From: Octopus vulgaris
Taxonomy: Eukaryota
Reading direction: 5' to 3'
Length of the DNA: 64,000 nucleotides
Assembly (NCBI GenBank): GCA_951406725.2
Contig: OX597840.1
Coordinates: forward strand, 16,864,001-16,928,000
Numbering within the stretch: position 1 is the first letter of the stretch; the number at the start of each line of letters is the position of its first letter. The notes beneath the pieces are model-generated. The model searched no databases, was not told the DNA's origin, and saw only the letters and a program-made list of their open reading frames with translations. A program made the translations under genes and the position numbers. Of this stretch, positions 41,135 through 55,546 are shown one piece after another.

Positions 41135-41389
41135 CTCTCCATCCGTCGTGTCCTGGATGTTCCGTTGGGTTAACGGTGGGAGAATCAAAAAGGTGTTTGA
41201 ACTGCACGCGACAACACAGGCCTCTAAAGCAATTAGGAAAAGCACGGTACACGCTACCAGGTCATATTTATACTAGTGATTACTAAGCTGACAAATGTAT
41301 CAAGTATAGTGCTATGGCTGGGTACAGAAATCTAATCAGGGCTTAATTTAAAGTGAGGAATATGTGGATTAATGATATACACATATAGG

Positions 41390-41523
41390 CAGGGACGGAC
41401 TGAGCCGTCTGTCAATCGGGCACTGCCCGAGAGCCTGGAGCTCTGAGAGGCCCACACTCTACATATTAACCCTATCAAAATACACATTCAAAGAGGGCCC
41501 TTAATATTCCGAGTCCGCCCCAG
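41390..41523. mobile_element. hAT-type MITE
   Basis: TIR CAGGGACGGACT / AGTCCGCCCCAG; 8-bp TSD CATATAGG/CATGTAGA (6/8). Confidence 0.7.
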
Positions 41524-41859
41524 CATGTAGAGCATGTATAAGAGTGTTGCCCTACGTTATTGATAGTTGGAGATGTAGAGCTGAAGCTGATACCTTGGGA
41601 ATATTCATTGCACTTAGTTTGGAGAACTACGTGAGAGATTACTACTATGTTACTTAGCCCCTTTCCTGTGGAAACTGGTATATCCACTCAAACTTTCATT
41701 ATCCTCAGCTGAGGAAAGCAGTTTTATATAACAATCTATCTTTTGTTAAGGCATGTCATGTTTGGAATTATTTTTGTTGATATAAGTCGAGTTTATTGAA
41801 GCAACGTAATTTGCAAAAAATACCAATTCTATTTTTTACTAGATGTTTAACATCATTAC

Positions 41860-42125
41860 TAGAATAACCATATCCAGGCTCTGCTGTTCGTCAGGCTGAG
41901 AGAAGCAAACGGTCAAGGAATCGGACGCTCTCCGACAGGTTTATGGTCGAGCCTGTGGCAGTGGACACCTCCGGCGTTCTTGGCCCCCGGAGCATATCCC
42001 AGATCATCCGTTATCGGGATGGAGATGGCTGTTTGTAAGAGCGAGCCCCTGGAGTCAGAGTGGCTATTCCAGCACGACTCCCTCGCAATCCTCCTAGGCA
42101 ATGCCTTTTACCATTTTTTTTTCCT
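41860..42125 (+). mobile_element. CRE-clade non-LTR retrotransposon C-terminal (RLE) fragment
   Basis: PGSAVRQAERSKRSRNRTLSDRFMVEPVAVDTSGVLGP, then after a frameshift EPLESEWLFQHDSLAILLGNAF (cf. FEPVAVETxGVLG..WLFQRISLAILRGNA). Confidence 0.7.
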
Positions 42126-42449
42126 GGGGCCATGAGGCAGTCTGACTTACAGGAAATTGTACGTTCCACTCTTTCAATCCTTAGATACATGCAAAAATTT
42201 ATTTTAATTCATTAGAGAACGTATTGCTTACATTTCAAATTGTCCAAAACGCTTTATTAAAGCTACCATGAAATTTAATTGCGCAATTGTTAAAACGTAA
42301 AGAGAATTCAGTTGTGATACGACTGTATCACCACATGTTATAATTGCATTTCTATCAGCCTATTTGCCTTGTGTGTGCTAAAGTCTCTTCCACTGATAGT
42401 AATGTTGGGTTGTCTGACCTAATGAAAATATCACTATATCACGGGTGGC

Positions 42450-42487
<38 letters not shown>

Positions 42488-42845
42488 TTTATCCAAGACG
42501 ACCATCTCCAATATGGCTTTTTGTCTTTCCTTTCTAAGACAGCAGGCTGCTACTTGAGAATGATTCAGCTGTTATTTCTAGACTCCCCTCGCTGTTTCGT
42601 CTTCTCATTTCTTCTTTCGTTGACTCATCCGTTTAATATATCCATATGTTGCTTAGTCATGTGAAATAATTGAATATATATTCCCTAAGAGAGTTATACA
42701 TTTTTTAATTACGCTTTATTGATCTCTACAAACTACTTTATTTGATCTCGTCTTTAAATTCTTTAAGTTGGAAACTTGATTTTTTTTACTTATCACCGTT
42801 TTATTATCAACATCATCACCATCACCGTCAGTGTCATCGTCGTTG

Positions 42846-43099
<254 letters not shown>

Positions 43100-43195
43100 T
43101 TATCATCGTTTTCCTATCTTCTAATTCTGTTTATGTTTAAGTCTAAATATTTTTGTTCCTTTTTCCTCTCATTCTGTCACTGAACAACAACAACG

Positions 43196-43288
<93 letters not shown>

Positions 43289-43289
43289 T

Positions 43290-43480
43290 GTAGGGAGAAT
43301 TCACGAAAAAACAAAAGACGAAGACAGGTGGTGTAGAAAACAAACAGATGTATTAGTATAACGCTCAGGAATTGAAAAAGTCTTTTACGTTTCGAACCTA
43401 CGCTCTTACACAGAAAGGAACACAAAAAGAAACAAGGAGAGAAAAAACATGTGTGTAGTGGCTACCGATCTATCATGATG
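43290..43480 (-). mobile_element. Penelope-like terminal fragment (family H2)
   Basis: Minus strand CTTT-CTGTGTA-A-GAGCGTAGGTTC-GAAAC-GT-A-AAAG..TTCCTGAGCGTTATACTAAT. Confidence 0.6.
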
Positions 43481-43499
43481 CATACATACAGTACCTGAA

Positions 43500-44020
43500 C
43501 CTTTCGCATACTGTCTTGTGGTTATCGCGAGAGAAGATATGTGTGGTGGACGAGGCTGGAAGGATTGAAGAAAGACATTTTCCCCTTCGGTCAAATCCTG
43601 ATCAATTTTTTCTTAAAGTTCTATTTGAAAAGTGATGATAGGGAGAGAAGAGTTCTCTACCAGTAAATTTATAAAAAGGTGGGTTACCGTGGCAAAAATA
43701 ATCTGGGTGAATGCTCCTATTCTGAGTGTATGACTGCAGATTAGAGAACAACAGTTGAGTGGAGGCTCGTGCCTTTGGTGATCAGGGTGATCCTGGTTCT
43801 GTGGAGTTCATTGATTGACTCCAGTCGGTGGTTCTCCTGTATCAGGACCACATCATTCATGGGTTCACATACTTTGCATAACATGTTTACTTTTATCTCA
43901 CTTTATTGTCTTTTCCCTCTCTTACCTCACGTTTTTATGTAAGCCACACCACACAAATTATTGGACTGTCCTTGTGATGTCCCCCTCGTCTAATACCTCA
44001 GTAGCAAGTAACGGAAATCC
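43500..44020 (+). mobile_element. Tx1/L1-like LINE 3' fragment (third copy)
   Basis: CLVVIARE..VWWTRLEGLKKDIFPFGQILINFFLKFYLK..KFIKRWVTVAKIIWVNAPILSV*; 3' end TGTCCCCCTC..GTAGCAAGTAA. Confidence 0.7.
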
Positions 44021-44099
44021 TCATCGCTACGACCATTACCAGTGTTGTTATTGTTGCTGTCTTCTTCTTCTTCTTCTTCTTATTATTATTATTATTATT

Positions 44100-44151
<52 letters not shown>

Positions 44152-44152
<1 letters not shown>

Positions 44153-45044
44153 TTACTTTTAATCTGCATGTTGGTTACAATCATTTGCCGAGACACACCC
44201 AGCGTCTTAGGGCGAGTGAAGGATAAGAGATGTTAAAGTATGATTGAAAGTTGGGGGTGGGGCGGTAAGTCGTAGGGGCAGTAGTGAAATATCTTCATGT
44301 AATACAGCACAGACTTTTAGATTAATAAGGTTTTTCTAAGGATGTGGGCAGCACTTGTCAGCAAAATCTTTTGAATTTCTCTGAGACACGGTTACCCTGG
44401 GGTAATAATCTAGATGTTTCTGACATCCCTTATCATACCTAGAATAACGGGAACAGTTCACGCTTTAAGATGCCACATCTTTTGTATTTCAATTTCCAGG
44501 TCCTTATAGTTACTTAATTTGTCAAATTCCTTTACATATATATTTTTATCAGTAGGAACACTATTACTCTACAAGTATTTCTTCCTTGTCTTTAATGACT
44601 ATGTCTGGTCGATTAGCCTGGATCGTTTTGTCGGTGTTGACTGAAAAATCCCTGAGAGTAGTGACATTTTTACCTTCAACGACTGGCTCAGGATGATGTT
44701 CATACCAGTTGGCAGGAATTCTGATTTCGTAGTGTTTACATATTTTCCAGTGTAAATGATGTCCTATTATTATCATAATTATAATTATAACTATCATCAT
44801 CATCATCATCATCTTCATCATCATCATCATTTTTTATTTTCTCTTTTACTTGTTTCAGTCATTTGACTGTGGCCATGCTGGAGCACCGCCTTTAGTCGAG
44901 CAAATCGACCCCAGGACTTATTCTTTGAAAGCCTAGTACTTATTCTATCGATCTCTCTTGCCGAAACGCTAAGTTACGGGGACGTAAACACACCGGCATC
45001 GGTTGTCAAGCGATACTGGGGGACAAACACAGACACACTAACAT

Positions 45045-45101
<57 letters not shown>

Positions 45102-46070
45102 CGATGGGCTTGTTTCAGTTTCCGTCTACCAAATCCATTCACATGTTTTTGGTCGGCCCGAGGCTATAATAGAAGACACTTGCCCAAGGTGCCACGCAGT
45201 GGGACTGAACCGGGAACCATGTGGTTGGTAAGCAAGCTACTTACCACACAGCCACTCCTGCGCCTATGGGCAATAGTTTCATCAACTTTATTACATATTT
45301 GGTACAACGAAGGTACTTGATTATTTCTAAGACTGACACTCGGGTTACGGCTAAAGGTTCATCTTGTACTGCAACATAGAGCTCTCAGTTCCCATTTTAA
45401 TTGTTCCTTTCATTAACCGGTCACAGCTGTGTTCTCTAGTAATTTCAGCTGTGTCCACATGAAATTGTTTGTGTAACCCCTTTTTGAGTAACGCTTCTTC
45501 ATGTCCTTCTTGTAATACTTGTCTCCTTTCTCCTTTTCCCCTGCTTTCGATGTGTCCTCTTCTTTTACTGCTACTAGGTTAGATATTTCAGCAAGTTCCC
45601 ATCTTCAATATGTTCGCAGTCTTCCACACTTATCAGTGCCCTTCCTCCTGTTGTTCTCTTCATGTATAGACGGTCAATATCTGCACGTGGATCAAAGGCT
45701 CCATGTATATCTTGAAGCTTTCTCACCTTCCTGTCCAGCTCATTTAGCTTATCTTCTGTCTACCTCAGAATTCCGGCCCCATAATGCATCGCAGCAACTG
45801 CGCGCGAGTTTATTGCCGAAATTATATTTCCAGCACATAACTTAGAATTCATTGCCTTTCTCAGTTGTCGCAGATACTTTTTCCTTGTCTTTTCTTTCAT
45901 ATCACCATACTTAATCCCATTTGCCTCAAGTATTCCTAGGAATTTATATTCGAATTCAGGTTCTTCAATTGCTTTCATTTCACCATTTCACCATTTGACT
46001 TATACCTTCTGTTCCGACCAGCTTTCCTCTTCTCATCACCATCACAATACATTTTGAAAATCCAAACTCG
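44152..46070 (-). mobile_element. Old R4/Dong-type retrotransposon fragment(s), interrupted by a SINE
   Basis: FGFSKC..MRRGKL; YKFLGILE..MKEKTRKKYLRQLRK..NSKLCAGNIISAINSRAV; HLHWKICKHY..WYEHHPEPV..TDKTIQANRPDIVIKD; 3' end abuts (ATC/ATT)n. Confidence 0.8.
44838..45264 (-). mobile_element. SINE family A, full length, nested in old R4
   Basis: Near-consensus reverse complement ending CACACAGCCACTCCTGCGCC. Confidence 0.92.
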
Positions 46071-46074
46071 ACTG

Positions 46075-46230
46075 CTTAAAGTCAAACAACTGACAAGCAA
46101 ATCTGTGGTATTGAGCAGAATATTTGCTGTAGCCCATCTTTTATGCCAAGACAAAACAATCTACATGGTAAGACTTCTAGTAGTTAAGATCAGAAGCCAT
46201 GAGAGCCACTGTCTGGTACTGCATTAGGGC
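46075..46230 (-). mobile_element. Element C terminal fragment
   Basis: GTCAAACAACTGACAAGCAAATCTGTGGTATTGAGCAGAATATTTGCTGTAGCCCATC..GGTACTGCATTAGGGC matches 59905-60056. Confidence 0.8.
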
Positions 46231-46249
46231 TATTCTTCTTCTTCTTCTT

Positions 46250-47916
<1,667 letters not shown>

Positions 47917-47917
47917 C

Positions 47918-47975
<58 letters not shown>

Positions 47976-48497
47976 GAGTGAGAGAGCTGCGCATGCCATC
48001 AAAGCGACACTGGGGTGCAAATATACGAAGTCCCATAGACCTATCGCGACTACCTGTCTGAAAAAGGTACACCAGGCACATGCATCACAACATGTGTGCG
48101 CGACATGGTGATCTCATATCAAGAAACTGCGTGTGACCTTGCAGTTAGTATTTTCTTCAGGTCAAATAACCCAGCCCGTTCAAAAGATCGCTGAATAAGG
48201 GCTGTTTAAGGATGATGAACGACACAACCATGTTTCTAGAAGGGAATTATTCAGACCTCAAAGAATTCTTCCCAACACATGGCTACGATGCTCCCCCACT
48301 ACCCCTACTCGTGATCAGACATGCACATATTGTCAACCAGCAGGGGACATGTTCAACTGGTTAAGGTCAAGCAACTGACAAGCAAATCTGTGGTATTGAA
48401 CAGAATATTTGCTGTAGCCTATCGTTTATACCAAGACAAAACATTACATGATAACACTTCCAGCCACGAGAGCCACTGATTGGTACTGCATGAGAAC
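47976..48497 (-). mobile_element. Element C: ~520-550-bp non-coding interspersed repeat flanked by (ATT)n
   Basis: End-to-end homology with 59510-60056 (GAGTGAGAGAGC..CATGCCATCAAAG...TGGTACTGCAT); orientation assigned by analogy to R4. Confidence 0.8.
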
Positions 48498-48517
48498 TAT
48501 TATTATTATCATTATTA

Positions 48518-48560
<43 letters not shown>

Positions 48561-48561
48561 T

Positions 48562-48598
<37 letters not shown>

Positions 48599-49179
48599 AC
48601 ATCATCTTCATTGTTTTATAGACAACATTACGGATTTTCCAAGAGTTAGTCAGCAAACTCGTAGTTAGTAAAGGGTGCTAAAGAATACTGGTAAGAATCA
48701 AGAGATAAGCTGACAAATTTTAATCCTCCATTATCTTAATTCTCCGCTATCTTTCATTCTCCATTATCTCAGCCAGATCTATCCACATATAAAATATATC
48801 AGACACTGAACGAGATAAACAAAGTCTTTGTTTGCGTCAAACAAACCATATTCCTATGAACTATATACTACCAAGATCGTGTTGTTTGGAATCACTCTTA
48901 ATTGTTCTGGTAGAGACGATTCGGAAATTTTATGGCATTACTTGTTTCAATGCAGAAATCACCAGTCTGAGAGCGAGAGAGAGAGAGAGAGAGAGAGTGA
49001 GTGAGAGGGAGAGAGAGAGACAGAGAGAGAGAGAGACAGAGAAACAGACAGACAGACAAAAAGAAAGAAAGAGAAAGAGAGAGGGAAGACATATCTGAAA
49101 TGGTCTTTAACAAAATCTACCAAAACTGGAGGTGCAATATATTCTTAAGGATCCACCAACAGTAAATCAACCCCGTACC

Positions 49180-49910
49180 TATCCAAAGCATTCATAAGTT
49201 TGTCCTAAAAATCTACGTCTGACGCCTGAAAACAGAATTTCTTTCATATGTGAGGCATGAACACCGAGGAAATAGGTGGTGCTTTAGACAAAAGAGCAAA
49301 TCAGTCCTGTTAGAAGACATTGTGTGACATTGGTGAATTATGTTATCGAAAATATATCGTTATAGTCAACCTATCTTTGACATTAACCCCTTGCCTGCCC
49401 AAAGCATTCTTATGGATCTGTCCTAAACGTCCATGCTTGTTTCATATGTTCTGAGTAACATAAAGCTTTTCTTTCATAAGTTCCAAGTTACTCAGGTGGT
49501 AAAAACATTGAGAATATGTATCATATTTGTGGCCTGTATACCAGGTAACTATAGGGGAACTTTCTAGGTGCAATACCATGGTTATTCATGACCGAAGGGG
49601 GTCTTTATACCTGATAGGTATGTCCTGATTATAACGTGACAAAATGCTAAGCAGTTCTGTTAGAAGAGGCAATTTAGTGTGACTTTGGTGAATTATGTTA
49701 TCGAAAATACATCTTTAGTGTGAACCTATGTGTGACGTTAACTCCTTGCCTGCCCAAAGAATTTTCATAAGTTTGTCCTAAAAGTCCATGCTTGTTTTCA
49801 GACTTTCAGACATTCTGAGTGATATAAAGTTTTCCTTTCATAAGTCCCAGTTTACTTCGATAATTGAAAAGAAATTGTGAGTGTGAACCATTTATAATGC
49901 ATGAACACCA
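49180..49910 (+). repeat. Local tandem duplication (~350-bp period)
   Basis: CTGTTAGAAGA..GTGTGAC.TTGGTGAATTATGTTATCGAAAATA..CCTTGCCTGCCCAAAG..TGTCCTAAA.GTCCATGCTTGTTT at ~49308 and ~49657; partial third copy at ~49183. Confidence 0.8.
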
Positions 49911-49944
49911 GGGAAAAAATTCTTGTGTATAACACATGATACAC

Positions 49945-50700
49945 AGGACAGGTGAAATGTTATATCATTATTTCATCGAATCCGAAAGGATAAAATACAC
50001 AGTTGACTCAAAAGGGATTTGAACTCACGTGAAGAACCAGAATCTGCTAAATAGCATAAAATTTCAAATTTGGACGCAAGACCAGCAAGTTTAGGAGAAG
50101 GGGCTAGTCGATTATATCAACTGGTACTTATTTAATCGATCACAAAAGGACGAAAGACAAAGTCGTTCTTGGCGGAATTTGAACTCAAAACATAAAAACG
50201 GACAAAATACCGCTAAGTATTTCGCCCGGCGTGCTAATGCTTCTGCCAGCTCACCGCCTTAAATATTCTTTTCACAAAGCCCGAAATTTTGGGGAGGGGC
50301 CCAGTCGATTAGAGCGACCCCAGTACACATCTGGTACTTTATTTATCGACCCCGAAAGGATGAAAGGCAAAGTCGACCCCCGACGGAATCTGGACTCAGA
50401 ACGTAGCGGCAGACGAAATACCTATTCTTTTACTACCCAGTTCGTAACTGGTACTTATTTAATCGAACCCGAAAGGATGAAAGGCAAAGTCGACCTCGGC
50501 GGAATTTGGACTCAGAACGTAAAGACAGACGAAATACCTCTAAGCATTTCACCCGGCGTGCTAACGATTCTACCAGCTCACCGGTTTGCTGCTAAATATA
50601 AAAATGATTTCTAACATTTCCACAACGAAGTCCATTCCGCTGGGATTGGAACTCAGAATGTAATGGGTGGCTCATATGTACCACAAAGCATTTTGGCTGC
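49945..50700 (-). mobile_element. Cluster of SINE family B copies, including a dimer
   Basis: Repeated CCCGAAAGGATGAAAGGCAAAGTCGACC..GGAATTTGAACTCAGAA motifs. Confidence 0.85.
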
Positions 50701-50971
50701 TGCTCAACTGATTCTGTCAATCTATTCTCCTATATAATGAAAATACTAACAATAACGTATTAATGGAATACATTCAAGAGAAAAACTAATTAAATTTCAT
50801 CAGAACCGTTGTTGTCAGTATTATTTATTTAATATTGCTATTGGTTACCACTGCTGATGCGTGCATGTGTGTGTGTGTGTGTGTGTGCGTGTGTGTATCC
50901 TATATATAATGCGTTCATGTAAAAGTGTATAAGTGTATCTACATCTGTCTGTCTATCTATCTATCTATCTA

Positions 50972-51040
<69 letters not shown>

Positions 51041-51711
51041 GTGTGTGTGTGTATGTATGTTTATGTGTGCGTGTATGTATGTGTATGCATGCATATATAT
51101 ATATCTATATATATATATATACATATGTATCTATATATATGTGTCTGTGTGTGTTTATATATATATACACACGCACACACACAAACACATACATAATACA
51201 TATGTATACAAACATTCACACTTACACACACACAAGAGTTTTATTTGATAAAAATCGATATTACGAGATGATCGAACCGTTCCCTTTTCAATCATTATCA
51301 GATGTCTTTATTCCTACTCACATGTACACAGTCACAGGCACACGCCAATACCTTACACGCACACACACATCTGCAGACATGCACACGCACACGCACACAC
51401 ACACACATCTGCAGACATGCACCTGCACACACACACACACACATCTACATACATGCACTAACACACACATGCACATCTGCACTCACACACACCTACACCC
51501 AGGGACGCGCACAACTACACATAAAAGACAGACATACACAGATATACACAAGCACTGTTCCAACCAGTTTTACAAATAAATGGTCTTACACAAACCAGTC
51601 CGCACTATGTACACATCGGAGAATAAGACAAACTGATGACGATCGGAGATCGAACCCGATCGAAGCGTTGTGTACATATAAACATTGATGTCTTAATATT
51701 TTATTCAAGTA

Positions 51712-52106
51712 AGGCGGCGAGCTGGCAGAAACATTAGCACGCCGAACGAAATACTTAGAGGTTTTTCATCTGCCGCTACGTTCTGAGTTCAAATTCCATC
51801 GAGGTCGACTTCGCCTTTCATCCTTTCAGGGTCGATTAAATAAGTACCAGTTACACACTGGGGTCGATATATTCGACTTAATCCGTTTGTCTGTCCTTGT
51901 TTGTCCTCTCTGTGTTTAGCCCTTTGTGGGTAGTAAAGAAATAGGTATTTCGTCTGTCTTTACGTTCTGAGTTCAAATTCCGCCGAGATCGACCTTGCTT
52001 TTCATCCTTTCGGGGTCGATAAATTAAGTACCAGTTGCGTACTGGGTCGATCTAATCGACAGGCCCCCTCCCCCAAAAATTTCGGGTCTTGTACCTAGAG
52101 TAGAGC
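51712..52106 (+). mobile_element. Dimeric SINE family B (tail i + tail ii)
   Basis: Full monomer ending GTGGGTAGTAAAGAAATA, joined to GGTATTTCGTCTG..second core..CCCCTCCCCCAAAAATTTCGGG..CCTAGAGTAG. Confidence 0.9.
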
Positions 52107-52214
52107 ATTCAAGTGAAATGCATGGTGACTGTAACTTCGATGACAGTGTCACCAAAAAATTCATTATAATAGATTACAGTGTGTAACAAAATTTTAATTT
52201 AATTTTATTTATTG

Positions 52215-52540
52215 TCATTGGTCAGTAAGTATTATTTCCTATTTCCTTCTATCTAGAATTGAAGAAAGTCACTACTATTCCCGTTGCTTTTATGACCTGG
52301 ACATCAAAGTTTTGAAACTGACCTATTTTCCATTACATTACATCTGTGCCAAGTTGCTGAAGCAGAAATATCGTTATAGCAAATATTCTGCTCAATACCA
52401 CAGATTTGCTTGTCAGTTGCTTGACCATAACCAGATGAACATGTCCCTTAGTGGTTGGCAATATGTACATTTCTGATGATGAGTAGAAGTGTGGGAGCAT
52501 CGTAGCCATGTGCTGATAGGGATTCGTTAGGGTTTGAATA
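52215..52540 (-). mobile_element. Chimeric element-C derivative (homolog of 7030-7545)
   Basis: AAACTGACCTATTTTCCATTAC..ATCGTTAT|AGCAAATATTCTGCTCAATACCACAGATTTGC. Confidence 0.7.
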
Positions 52541-52734
52541 AATGTAACAAAAGCAAAGTTTGAAGGAATATTAGCAATTTTTCATACTTTCTAGGAGTAG
52601 GGGTAAGCAAATAGTTGCTACCCAAGGACAAAAATCGTGTTGCACGGCGTCATTAAACTCTTCATCGACATCTTTTGGCTACTCAGTGTTTTTAAGGGTT
52701 CTTATAAATGTATACGTCAAGTTGTTTAAATATA

Positions 52735-53115
52735 GGTGCAGGTATGGCTGTGAGATTAAGATGCTCTCTTCGCAACTACATGGTTTCGAGTTCAGATCCA
52801 CTGTGCGATATCTCAAGCAAGTGTCTTCTGTTTTAGCCCCTGAGCCAACCAATACTTTGTGAGTAAATTTGATAGACGTAAACTGCGAAGAAGCCCATTT
52901 TTATATGTATGTGTGTATTTGTGCTTGTTTGTCGCCCCACCCAACGTCCACCACCGATTGCCAACCTGTTCGTTTACGCTCCCGTACCTTAGCGGTTCGG
53001 CAAAAAGACGCCAATAGAACAAGTACCAAAATTAAAACAAAATAAGTACTTGTGTCGATTTCTTCGACTAAAGCCTTCATGGTGGTGCTCCAGCATGACT
53101 ACAATCCAATAACTA
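52735..53115 (+). mobile_element. SINE family A, diverged
   Basis: GGTGCAGGTATGGCTGTG..GAGTTCAGATCCACTG..CTTAGCGGTTCGGCAAAAAGA..GGTGCTCCAGCATG. Confidence 0.8.
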
Positions 53116-53323
53116 AATCAAATACTAATACCCACCAAGCATTCTCACCGCCATTGCTGGATGCTTTTATTATCTGCTACTGATATAGTTTTGTGTTTTT
53201 AAACATAGCTCGTCCATTAGCAATTTTACCTCGGGACGAATACCACAGTTAAATTGCCTTTAAAATATGATACACAGATGGCTATTTTAATCTAATCTTC
53301 CTTCTGTTGCATAAAATGGCTAA

Positions 53324-53383
<60 letters not shown>

Positions 53384-53443
53384 GTGTGTGTGTGTGTGTG
53401 TGTGTGTAGATACGTACGCAAGTGTATTATATATGTGTGTGTG

Positions 53444-53480
<37 letters not shown>

Positions 53481-53484
53481 TGAT

Positions 53485-53675
53485 AGAAATGGCAAGACAA
53501 CAGAAGAATGAAAGAGACCTCGATATTATGTAAATAGAAGCCTTTATCTGTAAATATAATATGTGACAATTATTCGGTAGCCATGATAAAACTCCGAGTT
53601 TCGGATGTCGGGACGGAAATCCACGCCGGCATCTCTTCAGTTATCCGGCCTTCGATGACCCGATAACTGAAGAGT
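53485..53675 (-). mobile_element. Hammerhead-bearing short element (family H1)
   Basis: Homologous to 17668-17846; ends in a 13-bp inverted duplication. Confidence 0.65.
53585..53645 (-). ncRNA. Predicted type I hammerhead ribozyme
   Basis: GATAA-CTGAAGA-GATGCCGG..CCGACATC-C-GAAAC-TCGGAG-TT-TTATC: catalytic core boxes intact and stems I, II and III pair; one extra C before GAAA. Confidence 0.6.
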
Positions 53676-54512
53676 GGAGAATTCTCTCTCCGCTTGCAAT
53701 ATATCGAGTACGCAGCGCACTGAATAGCAAGCTGCAAGAAGCGTTTTCCTGGGGCTAAAATAGCATCATCATCTGTTCTTAAAGAACGCCCGCATTTAAG
53801 TGGCGATAAACGTTACTTCTCCGTATAAATACTGCTTCCACCTTTAATAGAGATTTTCTTAACGAACTAGTTTGCTAAATAATAACATATATATAATACA
53901 GACACACGTGCACATACACACACACACACACACACAGATACACATAGGCAGGTGGAATGTATTTGGTCGTATGTCTGCTCATTCAAGCGCTGTATGGGAG
54001 TCTAAAATAACAAAATCATGTTATTGTTCTTTTTGTGCCCATGTTTAAAATGGATGCATGGCTGATTAATTGTAACGACCACCTTTCGTGCCTCAGTTTC
54101 GTGTCATCACCAGAATAAAGAGACTTCATCATCCATTAGCAAAAATTTGCTCTTGTCCTTGTTGTTCAAGTGTACAGCAACAGCGCAAGAAACTATCATG
54201 TGTATGTATGTATGTATGTATGTATGTATGTATGTATGTATGTATGTATGTATGTATGTATGTATGTATCTATGTATGTATCTATGTATGTATGTGTGTA
54301 TGTATGTACACTCACGAACGCACCGCTTACATATATAATCAGTGATGAGTCGATGAAAGGATAGCGGGGGAGAAAAAATTGATATGAATACATACATCGT
54401 ATAAGTGTGTGTGTATACATACATACATACATGTAAATATAGGTATGCGTGTATAACCGGTCTTATTTCCGCGTCTCCCTGTACAAGTCTCCAGTGGAGT
54501 TGCGCACTACAG

Positions 54513-54567
<55 letters not shown>

Positions 54568-55163
54568 GTGTATATGTAGATATATATATGTGAATATATA
54601 TGTATATATATATATATATATATATACATGAATATGCATATGTATGTATAAATATATACATATGCCTTCACACATAGAGCGAGGAAAAAGAGAGAGTGAG
54701 AGAGAGAGAGGTATAGAGAGAGGGAGCTCACGTCCGACCGGTTTTTTTTCTTTTGATAGTATCTCCACCAATATTAATAACAGCAATAGTAATAATGATG
54801 ATGATGATGATAATGATCATCATCATCATGCTAATAATAATATTGCTAGTGATAATGCTAAAAAGAGTTCTAATGAAGGCATTAGCTATTATCGCTAAAT
54901 ATATTTAGTGCAACAACGACGACATTAAGATAGCTTATTGTGTTCGAACGCCATTGTTTAGCGGCGGCGGCAGCCATATTAAAACGAGGAGAAACACAAT
55001 GAAAAGTGACTGGTTTCGTGAGGCGTTGCTGCAGCTGTTGCCGCCGTTGTTGTTGTTGTTGTTGTGGATGATGATGACGATGATGACGATGTTATACCTG
55101 TTGCTGTTGTTAAGATTTATCCTGATATTGCTGTTGTTGTTTTTGTTGTTTTTGTTGTTGTTG

Positions 55164-55225
<62 letters not shown>

Positions 55226-55229
55226 CTGG

Positions 55230-55420
55230 TAAGATGGCTGAATCGTGTGTCAGACAAAATGCTTAGCAGTATTTCTTCCGACTCGTCACGTTCTGTGTTC
55301 AAATGCCACCAAGGTCGACACTTCACCTTTCATCCTCTCGCGATCGATAAAATAAGTACCAGTCCAATCGACTTGCCCCTCCCCTCAAAAGTGCTGGCCT
55401 TGCGTCAAATTTCGAAAGAA
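55230..55420 (+). mobile_element. SINE family B, diverged
   Basis: AAAATGCTTAGCAGTATTTC..GTTCAAATGCCACCAAGGTCGAC..CCTTTCATCC..GATAAAATAAGTACCAG. Confidence 0.75.
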
Positions 55421-55546
55421 CAAATACTGTTAACTTTTTTATTGTTTAACAATCAGCTGAACTCTCGGTAAAGAAGCTTATAATCGGAGCGTTCTAGCCG
55501 TGATCATCGGATCTTATTTGCGACGATTGCATCAAAGATAGTTATC

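Noticed and set aside
54940-55030. Possible promoter or YY1-like motif (GCGGCAGCCATATT)
   Set aside because: A short motif with no associated gene or conservation evidence.
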